The notes under the pieces are model-generated. The model saw only the letters and a program-made list of their open reading frames with translations. It was not told the DNA's origin and did no database searches. This document shows, piece after piece, positions 60,554 through 64,000 of a stretch of DNA of 64,000 bases (position 1 is the stretch's first letter; the number at the start of each line of letters is the position of its first letter). A program made the translations under genes and the position numbers. The DNA is taken from NCBI GenBank assembly GCA_977016875.1, contig CDRNST010000332.1:62001-126000 (forward strand), in the 5' to 3' direction. Source of the DNA: Pavona decussata. Lineage: Eukaryota.

Positions 60554-61700
60554 GGGACCGGTCATTTATTAGAGGTTAAGGGAGGGGGGGGGGGGGGGGG
60601 GCTGGTGCATTTTAATTTTCTTATACATAATTTCTCGTGGGCCTGTTCTTGCCACTGCATAACATAAGTGGCCCCCCTTCAAGTCTGTGCATGAAATAAG
60701 ATGACCCACCCTCAACTACAGAAACAGTTTTAATACAACCGAATAAAACTCACTGAATTATTTATAGCAAATAGCGAGTAGCCCTCCTCCCAGATGTAGT
60801 AGTTGTTACTGTGATCTGAATATCATCCCCTTCATCATCATCATCCTCTGAGCTCGGGCCAATCTCGGCAAGGACATAGTCTGTTTGAACGCTTTTATCA
60901 TCAGAAGATAAGTATTCCTCTTCATTTTCACTACTGCAGAGTGGACTTTCATCTTCTTGTGTAAAACTCTGTATCTGTTGTTGAATAATGTGCCTTTGCA
61001 CCTCCATTAGCTTTGCATGCTTGTTTGATGCAGTGCGAAGCCCGTGACATCACGTATTTATCGATAACTGCTATTGTCTGCTTACTAAGGGAGCCATCTT
61101 TAAACATCGCATTCCAATCATACTCTTGGTATGTCTTGCTTGCCTCAGCTGACTTTTTAACCAGTCTTTTCCTTCTTTCTTTTGTCTTTCTTAAGATCGA
61201 GTAATGTCAAATGCTCCAAATAGTCTTTCATGCATCCCTCAGCCACAACAAATTTCAAGTTACTGGTGGGATCATCCAAGGAGCACTGCCCTGATGCGTA
61301 TGCTGCTTTCAGCGGTACCCTTAGCACGTAATCATCGACAAGCCTATTGTTTGCTGGGGTTTTAGACAAAGGAAGGTAATGATGTCCATCACTTTCGTTG
61401 TCAGGAAATGGCCTCGCAACATGTACTTCAATCTTCTCACAGCATTGTTCTCTTCAGTGTGCTTCAGTAGTCGCGGAGTGTGCCACTTTCACCATTTTCT
61501 TTACAGGCTCCTTTTAAATATTCAAGGAACATCTCTCCAGTGATACAGTGGCTCATGTCCATAAATGAACATATCTTCTTAAAGTAGTGGTATCCAGGAA
61601 CAGAATCTTTGGCAACATATGTAAGATACGATTTCTTGAAAAAGAACTGACAATTTGATTCTGTAGTTGAATAGCACTTTAAGGATATGTTTCGTGGACA
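60554..61700 (-). mobile_element. Degraded DNA-transposon end with transposase-like C-terminal remnants (Zator/Harbinger-type terminus)
   Basis: TAA|GGGACCGGTCATTT + G run resembles the 6209 MITE end; frameshifted - strand ORFs (RPFPD...HHYLPLSKTP..NRLVDDY; acidic tail TTSGRRATRY*). Confidence 0.45.
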
Positions 61701-63114
61701 CATTCTGAAGTTTAAATCAAAAAAACGTTCAAAAAAAAAAAAAAAAAGAAAATAAGAGAAATGCACAGAATAGAAAAGCTAGACGAGAAGAAGAAAATTT
61801 TGGTTTAATCTCCAAAGTACTGTCTGATGGTGATGCTTTGCGTAACGAAATTGTGACGTCATTCAAAATGGCTCTGAAAAAGTGAACGGCCGGCCGATCG
61901 AACGAAAAAACACGGGTTAGCTTTCGCTTGCATGCACAGGGTTCCTACGCGATCACAGGCAGCCCAGAAGATTAGGAAGCGTTCTTCCTTCGTCGAACGC
62001 AATTAACTCACTCCATAAAACCAAATATTCCTTCCCACTTCCGCAGCGATGCAGCACCATTGCTTCTTTAGACGTGTTAGAAACTCAGCTCTTTATCGCA
62101 TTGATAATAAGATGCATTGGATATCAGCTTTGAGTTCATTTTCATGTTACATGTTCTTGTTCATAGAAAAAGTGTCAAGTTCCACCGGGAAGTCAATTCG
62201 CGCTGTTGGTCTTCTTCGTATAATTATACTTTGTTGAAGTATAGTTGTCATTACTCCTGAATGCTCTTTGTAGCTTTCATTCCCATTTTCATTTTCATTT
62301 CATGATAAGAGAGCCAATCATAAAAGGAGGTTTCTCCCCATGGCTTCACGTGATTTCATACTTCTTATACTAGTTCAGGGTGCTAGTTACTTCAATTTGA
62401 TTCTTTAAGCGTTACTGTCACTTTCACCCCTAGTAAGGTAAATCAAGTGACATGAGCAGGAGCGCGCTACAATCGATTCCCTACTGACAGACTGTGAGCT
62501 GTAATCCATCGTTTTGAAATGCGTCAAATACTTTTAGAAATGAAACTTGGTTGCTCTTCTGTATCAAGGTTGGAGCTTGTATGTATGTGTTGTTTCCTCA
62601 AAACAATCGCACACAAGAATTTCGATTTTTAAATGAATCAAAACTCCCTCCCTTTAATAGACAGCAGGAGGTTGATCATTAAAGGAAAGTACGTAAGGGA
62701 ACCAAACGCTACCACTGCTCATGTGTTGCAAAAATGAACATTGTTTAAATTGTTTGTATTGTGTGACAAGCGCAGCTAAATTGCTTTAAATCAGTCATCA
62801 ACAATGACACCTCCACACTTGAGGCGAGTGAAGGCATGGATCGAGGGACAAAAGAAGTTAAAAAAAATAGGAGAGCAAGAAAAGAAGTAAAAGAAAAATG
62901 GGAGGGGAGGGCGAGTAGCTTTAGTTCTTTTCTTGTGTTTGTTTGGAAAGGAAACTATAGCTTCGTAGGCTAGGCTATGAATTCTCACAGAAAGACCCCG
63001 TGAGACCATCAAAAGGACATTAACAAAATACACCAAAGTCCACGGGTTAGACTAGGGTGTCGAGAGAGAAAATCACTCGCAATTACAAGAGTATATATTA
63101 TAAATAGTAATAAT

Positions 63115-63149
<35 letters not shown>

Positions 63150-63439
63150 TAATAAAAATAATAAAAAATCTCTTTATTAAAATATTCCAAGTAAAATGTT
63201 ATTTACAGGTTAAAAGTAACTATTAAAACTTATTTACAATTCTTTTCAACAAAAAAAAGACTATTTTAAGCACATTTTTTTTTTGAAGAAAAGGGGAAAA
63301 AAATCTCATCGAATTACAACAATATTATTATTATTCATTGATTTTTACCTAAAAAGAACCCATCAAACTATATCATAAAAAAAAGAATCAAGAAAAAGTA
63401 TGTATAAAAATCATAGGACCTAGATTTTGGCGAGGCATC

Positions 63440-63442
<3 letters not shown>

Positions 63443-63522
<80 letters not shown>
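63443..63522 (+). repeat. (AAT)n microsatellite (another at ~63110-63165)
   Basis: Direct reading. Confidence 0.95.
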
Positions 63523-63524
<2 letters not shown>

Positions 63525-63789
63525 GTGGACGGCAGGTTAGGTTAAAGCTCTAATGACATTAAACCTCTTTACAGGTCCTCATACGGACAAGACTGCAGCG
63601 ATCAAGATCTATCCACGGCCCTTCATTCCATCTGGAAAACCCTTCAACGTTACTATTACGTTCACCCCCGGTAAAGTAAATCAAGCGATATAAGCAGCAG
63701 CACGCTGCATATCTGTTCCTTACTGATAGACTGTCAGCTGTTATCCATCGTTTTGGCATGCGTCAAATGATGCAATTAAGGTTAAAACT

Positions 63790-64000
63790 AGAGCGGTTGT
63801 AAATTGTTTGTCGAAATTAAATTGGTAATTTCTTTTGTTTTGCTTTGCTTCGCTCCCTGTTTGGCTTGCAACACTCGTGCTACTTTCTCAACCAATGAAG
63901 AGCTCAACTAAAACCAATCGTGACTTGCTTGCACGTGTTTTCCTGCACTTGGCGCTGGTTGCATGTATTTGCGTCGAGTTTTGATTGGTTCATTGTCCTA
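63790..64000. repeat. Left part of an interspersed MITE-like repeat running off the window
   Basis: TAGAGCGG...GTCGAAA...AACCAAT...AAAACCAATCG...CGAGTTTTGATTGGTT pattern recognised from anthozoan repeats (recall, not a search). Confidence 0.4.

Noticed and set aside
62720-62788. + strand Cys-rich micro-ORF MCCKNEHCLNCLYCVTSAAKLL as a small cysteine-rich toxin-like peptide
   Set aside because: No signal peptide; the Cys residues and ATG are not conserved in the other two copies, one of which has stops

Overview
Eukaryotic, AT-rich, repeat-dense genomic DNA with three N gaps (11865-12061, 19683-19887, 24500-24657); the repeat families look like those of a stony coral or other anthozoan (inference). 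The ORF track misses the main gene. Reading splice sites by hand gives a 22-exon + strand gene from <1 to 35952, about 1132 visible aa with an uninterrupted frame. It encodes a signal peptide, LRRNT, 16 LRRs (one per phase-2 cassette exon), Cys-rich GCC2/GCC3 or ephrin-receptor-like repeats and a ~9-TM domain. That TM domain is not a class A GPCR and carries no TIR domain; it resembles the protist/fungal TRP-like (Flc/Pkd2-type) module. A convergent, 3'-truncated and partly damaged paralog with 7 exons and the same exon-length pattern lies on the - strand at 38673-41769. Upstream of it is a tandem array of diverged 2-3 kb units that is interrupted by nested transposons. These include a P/Galileo-like foldback, a Kolobok-like THAP element carrying a Crypton tyrosine-recombinase element, and a Helentron-type element carrying a near-intact CR1/L2-group LINE. 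Introns of the main gene hold a BEL/Pao LTR element, an L2 LINE, a Crypton remnant and many MITEs.
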